The notes under the pieces are model-generated. The model worked only from the letters and a program-made list of their open reading frames with translations. It was not told the DNA's origin and did not search any database. 64,000 bases of DNA from a virus (taxonomy: Duplodnaviria; Caudoviricetes), in IMG/VR virus record IMGVR_UViG_3300016472_000447, positions 11,383-75,382 of that record, one strand, 5' to 3'. This document shows, piece by piece, positions 53,406 through 63,274 of the stretch (its first letter is position 1; each line of letters begins with the position of its first letter). Made by a program: the position numbers and the translations under genes.

Positions 53406-54581
53406 TTATTCCTTTTCTGAGGCTAGATAATTTGCCACAGTGCTTATATAATCTTCCGATAAGGTTATTTTACTCTGAACCCATTCAGGCAAATTAGTAT
53501 CATCTTCTAACATATCATGCACTCTTTGAGCATTTGATATTATACTACGAAGATCACTTTTAGCCATATCCCCTTCTCTATCATATTCGCCCTCATCATA
53601 TGCTTCATTTCTTGCTCCGCGGTCTGCACCCAACTTAGCTGCGATCGCCATCTGTCTGCGTTTCTCTTTTGACTTACCTTTAAACTGCGGAGCATCCGAA
53701 GATTGAAAATCTTTTATAACATCGCCCATATCTGCTTTGGCAAGATTAATCTTTTCATGGATAGTCTCCATATGTTCATTCATTAAACGATTTAGTGCAT
53801 CGTTTAGATTCTCTTTTAAGAGTTTAAGTTCATTAGGAGCATACTTCATTGTCTTACCATCATTACGTTTAACAGTATAGTACTTACCCTCTTGGGGTTC
53901 ATCGAGCTTGACAACTTTACCCGTCATGCCCGATGCTAAGCATTTAACCTTGTCCCCAACCTTAAAATGAGACTCAGATATTTCTTCCTTTACCTTCACT
54001 CTTCCATAATTAATTTCACGACCACTTACAACTTTATGACCAGCTGCTTCCAGTTCGCGTTTTTTCATATTGGTTGAGTGATCTTTATAAGGATTACCTA
54101 GATGTTTGATATCACCAGTATCCTTATGAACAGAATAAAGATCATCGTCATTATAGGATTCCTGGATCTCTGCGTGCTCGGGTAGATTGGGGGTTGTATG
54201 TTTGCCCAACGAACCTTTAATTGCAGCTTTTAATCGCTTTCGTTGCGACTCTTTATCGGCATCAGTAAATTTATTCCTGCTATCTGGGCGATTTCCTGCT
54301 GGTATATTTCTCAAATCAGTTTGTCCCGGTCTTGGAGTTTTATTGATACGGCTCATACCTGTTCTTGCAAGCAACTCATCTTTCTCATCAAGCTCTTCAA
54401 CTTCCTCTTTTACAACATAAGAAACATTTTGATCACCTGTCGTTGGATGAGTGAATGTCTTCTTCATGACCTTTCCTCCATGTTTCTTAGCATGAGCAAA
54501 CGCATCTGCTTTATTTGCAAATTCGTTTTTCGGAGGCTTAATCATGGGCGAAGCCTCTTTTTCGTTTATCTTATTCTGCAT
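53406..54581 (-). CDS. mosaic prohead core / internal protein (gp67/68 region)
   Basis: Modules separated by acidic (L/I/V)xE motifs; KOW-like FKVGDKVKC...TGKVV; C-terminal EGDMAK...LPEWVQSKIT. Confidence 0.6.
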   Translation of the reverse strand: MQNKINEKEASPMIKPPKNEFANKADAFAHAKKHGGKVMKKTFTHPTTGDQNVSYVVKEEVEELDEKDELLARTGMSRINKTPRPGQTDLRNIPAGNRPDSRNKFTDADKESQRKRLKAAIKGSLGKHTTPNLPEHAEIQESYNDDDLYSVHKDTGDIKHLGNPYKDHSTNMKKRELEAAGHKVVSGREINYGRVKVKEEISESHFKVGDKVKCLASGMTGKVVKLDEPQEGKYYTVKRNDGKTMKYAPNELKLLKENLNDALNRLMNEHMETIHEKINLAKADMGDVIKDFQSSDAPQFKGKSKEKRRQMAIAAKLGADRGARNEAYDEGEYDREGDMAKSDLRSIISNAQRVHDMLEDDTNLPEWVQSKITLSEDYISTVANYLASEKE

Positions 54582-54744
54582 CTTCCTGATCTCGTTGTCC
54601 TAATGTTGATGCAATTTCTATTTTCTTAGCATCTATTGCATCAGTAACTTTTGTGGATATCACATCATTAAAATTTTGCATAGCCTCCGCATTATTACCC
54701 ATTAAAATATTATCTACCATATGTTGTATTACTGAGGATTCCAT
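54571..54744 (-). CDS. 57-aa gp67-like prohead core protein (not in ORF track)
   Basis: GGAG RBS; MESSVIQHMVDNILMGNNAEAMQNFNDVISTKVTDAIDAKKIEIA...; directly after gene 20. Confidence 0.7.
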   Translation of the reverse strand: MESSVIQHMVDNILMGNNAEAMQNFNDVISTKVTDAIDAKKIEIASTLGQRDQEDAE

Positions 54745-54756
54745 AATTATCTCCTT

Positions 54757-56286
54757 TTATTGTCCATTAATATTATTTATATCTTGATTCATGCCCATTT
54801 GAGGTGGAGGAGGTTCCTCAGATATCTCAGCTTCCATCTGCTTAACATCATTATCTGTCATACGCAAAACATTCTTCATAATATAATCTTTACTAAAATA
54901 GTAACCAACAAACGGTTGAATTTGAGTTAATAAATCTATCCTATTGCGTATATTTTCTGCAGATTTCATTTCTTCAAAATATTGATCTTGCGCATATCGA
55001 TACTGAATTTTTTCTTTTATCTGATCCCAATCATTTTCAATAATTACACCTTTTAGAATTAATTGCGTCTTCAGAAGATCATTAAATAAAGCATTAAACT
55101 TTTTTCTCATACGAGAAACAAATTTAGCAAATTTCAATTCATCTCTAGTTATCTCAGTGGCGCGACCGAAGGATATTCCTTGTTGCGGTTGTAATCTAGA
55201 AAGAGGCACATTCAAAGATTGATATAACTTAGTTTGGAAATAGTTTATATCCTCAATCTGTCCTAGATTTTCCCCGCCGGGTAAAGTATCAATTTCGGTT
55301 CCCCTGCCTCCTTCTCTTCTGGGAAGCCAAAAATCTTCAAGTATTGACATAAATTTTCTGTCATCTCGTATCTCGCCCGTGGAGGAATCGTAAACTATCT
55401 TATTACGATATCTAGCCATAATATCTTTCAAATATTGTTCAGCTTTTACTTTTGGTAGATTGCCAACATCTATATAAAATATTCTTCTTTCGGGCGCTCT
55501 GGATAATCTATAAATTACTAAAGCGTCTTCCATCATCTTTAATTGATTAACAGGTTTGATGGCTTTGTGTAAATGGCTCAATACGACATTCTTTTCAAGA
55601 TCCATAACACCAGAAGGAACATAACATATGGAATCTGTACTTATCTTAAGCCCTTGATTCTGAGTCGGGGTAGAATAAGTGGGATTATAACTTATACCCT
55701 TTTCGCTATAAATGAAAAATTCATCTATACTTTTTATAAAATCTACACCAGTCTTAGTATCTTTTTCTTTTTTGATATCTCGAACTTTGCGTATTTTTCT
55801 AGGATCTAATTGTATCAATTCCACTATACCGCGTTTCATATTTTTAGTATCAATTATTTTTTGATAATATAACCTACCATCAATATACCAACGTTTAAAG
55901 ATCTCGTGAGATCTTTCATTAAATTCTAATAATGAAAGAATTTTAGCAAATTCGTATTCAATGGTTTCTTTAATATCGTCAGGTATGTCTAACTTGTCTA
56001 AGAATATCTGCACAGGATCTTCATCGTCCACAGATGCGATGGCTTCTGTTACTATTTCATCAATAGCAACTGCACAATCAGAATACATGGATGCTTCTCT
56101 ATATCTAGTAATTAGCTCTGCCTCAGATTTAGCAGTAGCATCCATATCAAGATATGTTCCAAAATAACCGCCGCCCTGTATAGTAGCAGCACCATCGTCA
56201 GATAAGGGTGTGGCAAAAGCCTGGGATTTTAAATTCTCAGCCTCATCTTGCCTAGTAATAGTAAAACCAAATAAATTAATTGCCAT
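54757..56286 (-). CDS. 20: gp20 portal protein
   Basis: WYIDGRLYY, LHKAIKPVNQL, RAPERRIFYIDVGNLP, EDFWLPRREGGRGTEI. Confidence 0.97.
   Translation of the reverse strand: MAINLFGFTITRQDEAENLKSQAFATPLSDDGAATIQGGGYFGTYLDMDATAKSEAELITRYREASMYSDCAVAIDEIVTEAIASVDDEDPVQIFLDKLDIPDDIKETIEYEFAKILSLLEFNERSHEIFKRWYIDGRLYYQKIIDTKNMKRGIVELIQLDPRKIRKVRDIKKEKDTKTGVDFIKSIDEFFIYSEKGISYNPTYSTPTQNQGLKISTDSICYVPSGVMDLEKNVVLSHLHKAIKPVNQLKMMEDALVIYRLSRAPERRIFYIDVGNLPKVKAEQYLKDIMARYRNKIVYDSSTGEIRDDRKFMSILEDFWLPRREGGRGTEIDTLPGGENLGQIEDINYFQTKLYQSLNVPLSRLQPQQGISFGRATEITRDELKFAKFVSRMRKKFNALFNDLLKTQLILKGVIIENDWDQIKEKIQYRYAQDQYFEEMKSAENIRNRIDLLTQIQPFVGYYFSKDYIMKNVLRMTDNDVKQMEAEISEEPPPPQMGMNQDINNINGQ
54774..54781 (-). 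promoter_or_regulatory. T4-type late promoter
   Basis: TATAAATA in the 3' end of gene 20, upstream of the small core gene. Confidence 0.7.
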
Positions 56287-56306
56287 AACTAAATCACTTT
56301 AAAAAA

Positions 56307-56882
56307 TTAAGATAAACTTGTCAACGCATCTACTAATTGCTGCGCAGGATTATTGGAAAACTCAAAAGTTTGATACTGAAAAGAAACAGAAAAAGAGGAT
56401 AACGCGTCATTTGTACCAAAATCCAATGGTACGGGCCCAATATCTACAGGAAAGGCACCTATCAATTTATATTGTTTCAAAATAGCACCATTTCTATCTA
56501 ACTGGGTAATAAACATGTCTGTTTGATATTCAGATGAATTTAATCTACCAGTTTTATTTTGAAGATCATCCATACCATTCATCCACTGCTCGAGAGCTGT
56601 TCTAATTGTAAATCCTGCATCATTTAGAACAGTACATGCAAATGGTGCAAATTCTCTGTCACCCGCCATTTTAACTAATCTGCCCCTATAAAATACTGGA
56701 GCAATTCCGATAGTTTGACCTGGCAATTCTGCAGCAGTAACTAGAAAAGGTCCTTTCCTTACTGCAATTGCCCTACTAGCTACATAATTGGGAAAGGTAA
56801 GTTGAACTGCGAATTGATTCGGGCGTGCCCCGCCGTTTGTAAGTTCAGCTTTGAACCTTTCAACATTAAAAGGAATTGCCAT
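56307..56882 (-). CDS. 19: gp19 tail tube protein
   Basis: GGARPNQF, AAELPG, YRGR-VKMAGDR, FPVDIG. Confidence 0.93.
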   Translation of the reverse strand: MAIPFNVERFKAELTNGGARPNQFAVQLTFPNYVASRAIAVRKGPFLVTAAELPGQTIGIAPVFYRGRLVKMAGDREFAPFACTVLNDAGFTIRTALEQWMNGMDDLQNKTGRLNSSEYQTDMFITQLDRNGAILKQYKLIGAFPVDIGPVPLDFGTNDALSSFSVSFQYQTFEFSNNPAQQLVDALTSLS

Positions 56883-56892
56883 TTACTTTCTC

Positions 56893-59556
56893 CTATGCTC
56901 CAACTTCTTCGAATGAAACTCCGCTTCTTGTTGCGACGAAGTTCAACTGTATGAAGTTAATAGATCTTGCTGGTTTGATGAATATGTCTGCGACAAATTC
57001 GTTTCTATCTACAACTTCTGCAGTATTATTGGTATCATCGCATATCACGCGGAAATCAGTAATACCCCTGCGTCCCTGGACATCTCGTAAGAATGGTTCG
57101 ACCAGATTTCTAAACTGAGCTCTAGTGAACGCATCGTTAAATTCAAACAATTGGAACTTTGCAGCAGTAGCTATGGCCTTTTCAAGAACAATAAACAATC
57201 TACGAACATTTATTCTATCAAATGCGCTTGGTCTAGCAAGCAGAGTTTTATCTCCAAATAATAACGTTCCTTGTCCTGGGAATGTTACTACAGGATTTAC
57301 TCCTTTCTTATATAGATTGTCTCTGTCTGTCTTAGAAGGAGAGTATGCTAATTTAACAACATTCTTGATAATACCTCGATTGTAACCTGCAGGAGAGAAC
57401 CAAGGATCTGCAACATAATCTGTTCTCGCAGCTAATCCCGCAACATCTCCATTCAGAGGAACATATCTGTATTTATCGTTATATCTGTCATACTGATACT
57501 TCCAACCGGAATCCAACACTGCAAACGAAGAGCTAGTTAAGCTATCTCTATAGGTTGTAATCTTAGTTGCTTGATTTATAGTATTAACAACATCTGCGTA
57601 TGGAGGAGAAACAAATACTATGCAATCTCTTCTCGATTCAGCAATACCTATTACAGCATTGACTACCGCAACTTCTGTAGTTGGTCCTAAAGGAATCAAG
57701 CTGATATCATATAATTCGTCATTTGAGAATACTGAATATCCTGCAGATAAATTTGATATAGATACTGAAGATCCGTCATTTCCTTCTGAAAGAATAACAT
57801 TATATGCTGCAGTTAACTGATTGAATGATTTATTAGATGAGGTAGTTCCCCAGTTAGAAGTTCCGGAAGGATGATTCAACCAACGAATATATGCAGATTG
57901 ATTATTAATTACATCCTTATAATAATTTGTTGATGCATCTGAATTCTTAGCATCGTATGCCTTAGAAACAAACGAAAACTTTTCTAACACTGTGCCCGCA
58001 GTTCCGGTAATGGCCGCAGTAGAATCAAGAACTATTATATGCAGTTCATCGTTGCTGCCACCCCTAACTGACGCATGTGAAGAAGTACCAGGAGCAGCAT
58101 CGAATTGGGAAGCATATGCCCAAGAATTGAATGTATTGGCATCTGCCATAGAAACTCGAATAGCATTGCCCAAATCTCCAGGATATCTTGCAGCAAATTC
58201 TCCATACAATAATCCACCCGAAGAGAATGAGCTATCATAATTATCATCATTCAATATTAAAACAGAATTAAGATCAATTTGAACGTTAGCATTTACACTT
58301 AAATTGCCCGAAGTTATAGAGATATTAGGGGAAATTAAATATCCGGCCCCGCCGACAGTAACATTAACACTATTTACTGCGTAGGATAAAACAGCATTAG
58401 CCGTAGCATTAGAAATGGGAGAATCCGATGAATGAGGAACAATCACTACGGTAGGTTTAGAAGTATAACCAGATCCTCTTGTTCTTACTTGTATATCGCC
58501 GACGATGCCTTGAATTGTTGCAGTAGCAATAGCATCTGCACCACCTAATGCATTATTTCTATTAATAATAACATTGGGTGTATAATAATGTCCAATGCCT
58601 CTGGATACTACATTGATTGCTCGTATAGCACCATAAGCTAACGATACTGTAATGTTGGCATTGGTTCCAGCGTTGGAATCATTACGATTAATAACTACTG
58701 TAGGTAACGTAGTATATCCAGAACCAGGACTAGTAAAAGTTAAACCAGTAATAGCACCGGTAGCAGGATCTATTATTAAACTTGCGGAAGCGGATGCGCC
58801 TGAAAATATATTACCTCCGATAAATTGTATGTTGGCATTACCTGCAATATAATTAGTTCCACCATCTACTATGGCATCTAAAACCACCGAATAGGTGATT
58901 GTTAGGTTTGCAGATGATCCTGTCAATGCGGCATTTTCAATAACAACATTGGATGAGGAATTATAGTTATTGCCTACAGCTGAAACTGAAACAGAATTTA
59001 ATTCTCCGTTGATAAAAGATGCATTTGCAGTAGCACCAGTACCTCCGCCCCCAACTAATAAAACATTAGGAGCCCTAGAATAACCGAACCCTTGAGTATC
59101 TAGAGTTATTCTATCAACTACCCCGGCGGTCGACAATACTGCAGTACCTTGAGCAGTAGTACCACCAAATGGAGAAGTAGGTGCTTGAAAAGTTACAGTA
59201 ATAGCGGAGGAAGTAGTAAAATAATCTGGGCTGTTTATTATAGTAACACCGGTAACTCCGCCAGAAGGAGAAGAAACCGCATTTCTTGCGCTGCCTTTAT
59301 CCACAACTCGTATAAGCTGAAGATTGTTACCATACGATAAGAAATTAGCCGCAGTAAAGAAATATCCGGCATTTGTGTCATTGGGTTTACCAAATCTTTC
59401 TACTAAATTAATTTCCGAATCTATAGTTACGACTTCATCCACCGGTCCCCATTTAAATGCGCCAGCAAAGGCGCCTGCGGTTGTAGCAACCGACGGTACT
59501 ATAGTAGTACGGTCTTCTTCGGTTACTAAAACTCCAGGTGAAAGTTGAAATGCCAT
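56893..59556 (-). CDS. 18: gp18 tail sheath protein with ~340-aa insertion
   Basis: SPGVLVTE, FKWGP, FTAANFLSYG; PWFSPAG, RINVRRLF, KPARSINFI. Confidence 0.96.
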   Translation of the reverse strand: MAFQLSPGVLVTEEDRTTIVPSVATTAGAFAGAFKWGPVDEVVTIDSEINLVERFGKPNDTNAGYFFTAANFLSYGNNLQLIRVVDKGSARNAVSSPSGGVTGVTIINSPDYFTTSSAITVTFQAPTSPFGGTTAQGTAVLSTAGVVDRITLDTQGFGYSRAPNVLLVGGGGTGATANASFINGELNSVSVSAVGNNYNSSSNVVIENAALTGSSANLTITYSVVLDAIVDGGTNYIAGNANIQFIGGNIFSGASASASLIIDPATGAITGLTFTSPGSGYTTLPTVVINRNDSNAGTNANITVSLAYGAIRAINVVSRGIGHYYTPNVIINRNNALGGADAIATATIQGIVGDIQVRTRGSGYTSKPTVVIVPHSSDSPISNATANAVLSYAVNSVNVTVGGAGYLISPNISITSGNLSVNANVQIDLNSVLILNDDNYDSSFSSGGLLYGEFAARYPGDLGNAIRVSMADANTFNSWAYASQFDAAPGTSSHASVRGGSNDELHIIVLDSTAAITGTAGTVLEKFSFVSKAYDAKNSDASTNYYKDVINNQSAYIRWLNHPSGTSNWGTTSSNKSFNQLTAAYNVILSEGNDGSSVSISNLSAGYSVFSNDELYDISLIPLGPTTEVAVVNAVIGIAESRRDCIVFVSPPYADVVNTINQATKITTYRDSLTSSSFAVLDSGWKYQYDRYNDKYRYVPLNGDVAGLAARTDYVADPWFSPAGYNRGIIKNVVKLAYSPSKTDRDNLYKKGVNPVVTFPGQGTLLFGDKTLLARPSAFDRINVRRLFIVLEKAIATAAKFQLFEFNDAFTRAQFRNLVEPFLRDVQGRRGITDFRVICDDTNNTAEVVDRNEFVADIFIKPARSINFIQLNFVATRSGVSFEEVGA

Positions 59557-59610
59557 CTTATTCTCCTTAGATTTTATAGATAGTCGCTCTTTTTAATTAT
59601 GATGTCCATT

Positions 59611-59618
59611 TATTTATA
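59611..59618 (-). promoter_or_regulatory. T4-type late promoter
   Basis: TATAAATA upstream of gene 18. Confidence 0.75.
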
Positions 59619-59629
59619 AATATCACCTT

Positions 59630-61312
59630 TTAGACATTCCTAAGAAGCTCTAGCTGCAAATCTTGTAAAGGCTTTTCCCTTTCCTCAGTAAACCAAACTG
59701 ATCCATCTTCTATTTCTGGGGGAGGTTTTTGCTCGGGACCTCGATCTATAATACCGAATGGGGTAAGATTTTCTTCGATTTGTTTAAACTGTTCTTCAAA
59801 TAGTATTTTCCTCAGATTCGTATCGGTAAGATCCTTAAAGAAAGACTCATTAGTTGCCCAAGAATAAAGAACAAGAGTCATCACTAAATCATCATGATAT
59901 CCCTCATCCGCTTTATAATGCCCGTTGACTTCTATAAAAGTGGAGATTTCCCCGATAATATCTACATCATGTATCAATAGCTTATTGCTTTCAACTAAAC
60001 TTTTGAAGGTTGTACATCCTAATCTTTTAACCAATTTAGTTGTCCGGACCCCCAAGGTCGATCCCTGAGAGAATCCCCCAGATAAGAACTGCCCAGTTTT
60101 ACTATTTGATCCGACAAAGAATACATTTTCATATTCTAAATCCATATACAGAGAATCTGCGACCTGCTGCCCGTTATCATTTATTTCCACTAGAACGTAT
60201 GCTTTATTATAATCCTTACCAATCTTAGCAATAATATTGGGATATGCCAATGGACTGATTCTATTATTTCTATACTTAGCAACTACTTTGTGCGGATAAC
60301 CGGATATATCTATAACTGAGAAAGCGCAATAGTCTCCGCCGACTCCTCGAGAAGTATCCGCAGAAATCATATACACATGTTCTTCTTCAGGTTCCTCAAA
60401 AATATCTAATCCATCTTTACTGTAAATAGGTTGTTTCGTGGACATCCTACCAATGGTATCTGGATTAATTAATGTATTAGAAGAACCTAAGAATCTGCAA
60501 AGTACTTCTTGATTAAACTTAAGTTCGCCGAGTATCGCTCTTTGTTCTTCTGCCCATTTCTCGTCCCTGCCAGGTATTAAAGTGTGGGGAATAAACATAG
60601 GAACGAAACCATTCAACCCCTGTTCTGCTTCATTCCAGAATTTCCAAAAATGATTATATCCTAAAGGAGTAGATGTGAGTAATATCTTCGTAGTTTCACC
60701 TGCAGAAATTGTAGGATAAACCGCAGTAAAGAAATCCTCAGCAACATTATTTGGTATAATTGCTGCCTCATCAATATACAACCAGTTCACAGATTTACCT
60801 CGGATACCGCTAGAGCTAGTAGCCGCAGTAAATACTCTAGATCCATTTTCTAATTCAATATCACCTTTGTTAAATGTTTTTACCCCCTGCTGCATCCATA
60901 TAGGTAAAAGCTCATACATCAATTCATAACGATATAATACCTCGCGAGCAGCTGCAGATTTATTAGCAAGTATAGCTACGGTTTTATTTTGTTGGAAAAG
61001 AGTATACCACAATATACAAGCAGCAGATGTGATTGTTTTGCCTTGCTGTCTACCTTCCATTAATATTACTTTACGATTACCAAGAATAGTTTTAACTTTT
61101 TCTTTTTGGCAATCATATAGTTTAAAAGGTATAAGACCCTTATCCAGGGAAACTATCTGACAATAGTTTTCTATAAAATAGATAGGATCCTGAGAACATT
61201 TAATTATCTCCTTTACCTGCTCAGCAGTATAAGAGATAGCAGTACCAATCTGTTTTAGATTAGGATTTCCATTATAGGAAAGTTTTTTATTGGTTGATTG
61301 TGTTGCTGTCAT
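59630..61312 (-). CDS. 17: gp17 terminase large subunit
   Basis: GRQQGKT, YIDEAA, LTSTPLG, ADTSRG, HDDLVM. Confidence 0.96.
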   Translation of the reverse strand: MTATQSTNKKLSYNGNPNLKQIGTAISYTAEQVKEIIKCSQDPIYFIENYCQIVSLDKGLIPFKLYDCQKEKVKTILGNRKVILMEGRQQGKTITSAACILWYTLFQQNKTVAILANKSAAAREVLYRYELMYELLPIWMQQGVKTFNKGDIELENGSRVFTAATSSSGIRGKSVNWLYIDEAAIIPNNVAEDFFTAVYPTISAGETTKILLTSTPLGYNHFWKFWNEAEQGLNGFVPMFIPHTLIPGRDEKWAEEQRAILGELKFNQEVLCRFLGSSNTLINPDTIGRMSTKQPIYSKDGLDIFEEPEEEHVYMISADTSRGVGGDYCAFSVIDISGYPHKVVAKYRNNRISPLAYPNIIAKIGKDYNKAYVLVEINDNGQQVADSLYMDLEYENVFFVGSNSKTGQFLSGGFSQGSTLGVRTTKLVKRLGCTTFKSLVESNKLLIHDVDIIGEISTFIEVNGHYKADEGYHDDLVMTLVLYSWATNESFFKDLTDTNLRKILFEEQFKQIEENLTPFGIIDRGPEQKPPPEIEDGSVWFTEEREKPLQDLQLELLRNV

Positions 61313-61724
61313 CTTGTTTACCCAGTAGTTTCATTAGTTCATGGGTAGAGCCAGCGAAGACTACATTGTTTTGAGTTCCAATTTGTTGAGTACTAGTATT
61401 CACTTGCAAATCTTTTACTTGTTTTTGCAACCCCAATAAATCCTTAGAAACATCTGATAAAGTTTTTATAAATTGTCCAGCAACCTCATAGGTTCTCGGA
61501 TGTTCAGAATTTTTAGCTAGATTAGTTAATTCCTCTAAAGTATCCTCACCCTTAATTATTAACTTACGCATAGTTTGCCTAGCTAATTGATAATCGTCTT
61601 CTTGGTCAGTTTCTTTATTGCTATTGATAGATTCTGAAACTTTTTCTAATTGTTTTTGTGAAAAAGGATCTAAATCAAAAATTTCATTTAATTTAGGAAT
61701 ATCTTTCATATTAGAAATCCTCAA
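61287..61724 (-). CDS. 16: gp16 terminase small subunit
   Basis: DYQLAR, HPRTYEV, VFAGSTHELMK. Confidence 0.9.
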   Translation of the reverse strand: MRISNMKDIPKLNEIFDLDPFSQKQLEKVSESINSNKETDQEDDYQLARQTMRKLIIKGEDTLEELTNLAKNSEHPRTYEVAGQFIKTLSDVSKDLLGLQKQVKDLQVNTSTQQIGTQNNVVFAGSTHELMKLLGKQDDSNTINQ

Positions 61725-62460
61725 AATTTTCTACAAATGTATAATCGGTATAAGGAGAAGCATTTGCAGGATTTGTAGAAACAGAAATAGTTTGTTGTTT
61801 TGTTACTAATTCCAGATCATTATAGGTAGAAGCATATACTTTGCGTATGATACTTTGCGTATTAATCGGGCCATAAAAATTGAGTTTCATAGTAAAACTT
61901 AATGTCCATAATATAGATCTTCTTGATGCAATATCGCCCTCATAATCATCCTCGAAACCTATCGTATCCAATATTATGGGTAAATCATTTTTTATATCAA
62001 GCTCTGGTACAGCTTTAAATGTTAAATTATAATCAGGATTAAAATAAGGTAATATTTGTTCTATTATCTGTAAACCATCATCTTGATTTCTCGAATAAAT
62101 ATATAGATATACAGTTAAATTATACGGAGTTGGTGCATATTGCGTACTAGCAGAAGTACTATTATTTAATGATCTAGATTGTTGTAGTGGTGCAATTTTT
62201 CTATTAGGATCGTATACGATTTGCACCATTTCAAAAGACATGCGAGGGCTTTCTATTAGCACTTCTGGTTCTGTAAATTCTGGTCTTTGTTGTATACGAG
62301 CTAAAAACTTTTGTTTCGGCGCATAACTTAAAGGAACCTTTATAAGTTGTATGATGTTGCCTTCTTTATCCTTCCTTTGTATAACAATATTGTTAAAAAC
62401 ATTGCCAAAGGCAACTATAGCTTTTCTTATAGTCCCCCAATAAAATCGTTGATCCAACAT
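61711..62460 (-). CDS. 15: gp15 tail sheath stabilizer / terminator
   Basis: AFGNVFNNI, VPLSYAPKQK, QIIEQILPYFNP. Confidence 0.93.
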   Translation of the reverse strand: MLDQRFYWGTIRKAIVAFGNVFNNIVIQRKDKEGNIIQLIKVPLSYAPKQKFLARIQQRPEFTEPEVLIESPRMSFEMVQIVYDPNRKIAPLQQSRSLNNSTSASTQYAPTPYNLTVYLYIYSRNQDDGLQIIEQILPYFNPDYNLTFKAVPELDIKNDLPIILDTIGFEDDYEGDIASRRSILWTLSFTMKLNFYGPINTQSIIRKVYASTYNDLELVTKQQTISVSTNPANASPYTDYTFVENFEDF

Positions 62461-63206
62461 TATCTAAATACCTCACCGAAAGGATTTCTTTCTGAAAAAT
62501 CTAAAACCGAATCCACCTCTGAAGTAAATAGATCGTTCTTAGTATCAGTTAATTGATTATTGACAACAAAGGATTCTAATACCATAGGAGTAAGTTCTTG
62601 TGTTTCTAATAGTAAACTTTCTCCAGACTCCAACAGGAATTCAAACTTGTCAATCGTTTGATCCATTAGATTAAATAGGCTATCTATCTCATCTACACCT
62701 GTATTTACCCTCTCATTGGAAAACTGCATCATTTCGCAATAAAGCTTATATACGTATAACTTACCTAATTGAAAAAATGGTTGTTTACTCTCGGCTTTAC
62801 GTATTTCAAAAAATGATTTAGTTAATGGAAAATAAATTACATCTCCTTCCGCAGGACGAAATAAGACAGAATTGCCAGTATTTCCTACAGTTTCTTCCCA
62901 ACGTCTTCTAGAAACTATAAAGTTCGCAGTTTCTCTAAGTTCTATACCAAATTTAGTTAACAATTCGCCGTCGCCCTGAAATCCTTCCACATTTTCCATA
63001 TACATTTCTATAGGATAAGCATAATTAAACGAACTTAAAGTATCCTCAGTTAAAATCCTATCCTCGTTACCGGGTTTCCTAGGCATATAGTATACTTCTA
63101 ATCCATAAATTTTCATAGATTCTATAATCAAATCTTCGTACAGATTATGTTCAGACGATCTACCTATAGATCTACCGGATTGAAAATAATGGTTAACTGT
63201 TGCCAT
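62460..63206 (-). CDS. 14: gp14 neck protein
   Basis: LIIESMKIYG-EVYYMPR, KFG, RPAEGDVIYFP. Confidence 0.93.
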   Translation of the reverse strand: MATVNHYFQSGRSIGRSSEHNLYEDLIIESMKIYGLEVYYMPRKPGNEDRILTEDTLSSFNYAYPIEMYMENVEGFQGDGELLTKFGIELRETANFIVSRRRWEETVGNTGNSVLFRPAEGDVIYFPLTKSFFEIRKAESKQPFFQLGKLYVYKLYCEMMQFSNERVNTGVDEIDSLFNLMDQTIDKFEFLLESGESLLLETQELTPMVLESFVVNNQLTDTKNDLFTSEVDSVLDFSERNPFGEVFR

Positions 63207-63274
63207 TTTACTATAGATTTATTATAGACACGGTGTTATTATTCTCTATGAGCCTAGATGATGAATATGTTATA

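Noticed and set aside
3801-61312. Introns, inteins or homing endonucleases in 41, uvsX, 43, 46, uvsW, 23, 20 and 17
   Set aside because: The ORFs are uninterrupted and of expected size. No LAGLIDADG, GIY-YIG or HNH motifs and no intein C-terminal HN were seen.
17835-61809. Many 60-130 aa antisense or alternate-frame ORFs over core genes (e.g. 17835, 22275, 29666, 40419, 43234, 49026, 54243, 57125)
   Set aside because: They are fully nested opposite well-supported genes, without RBS or motifs, and are treated as shadow ORFs.
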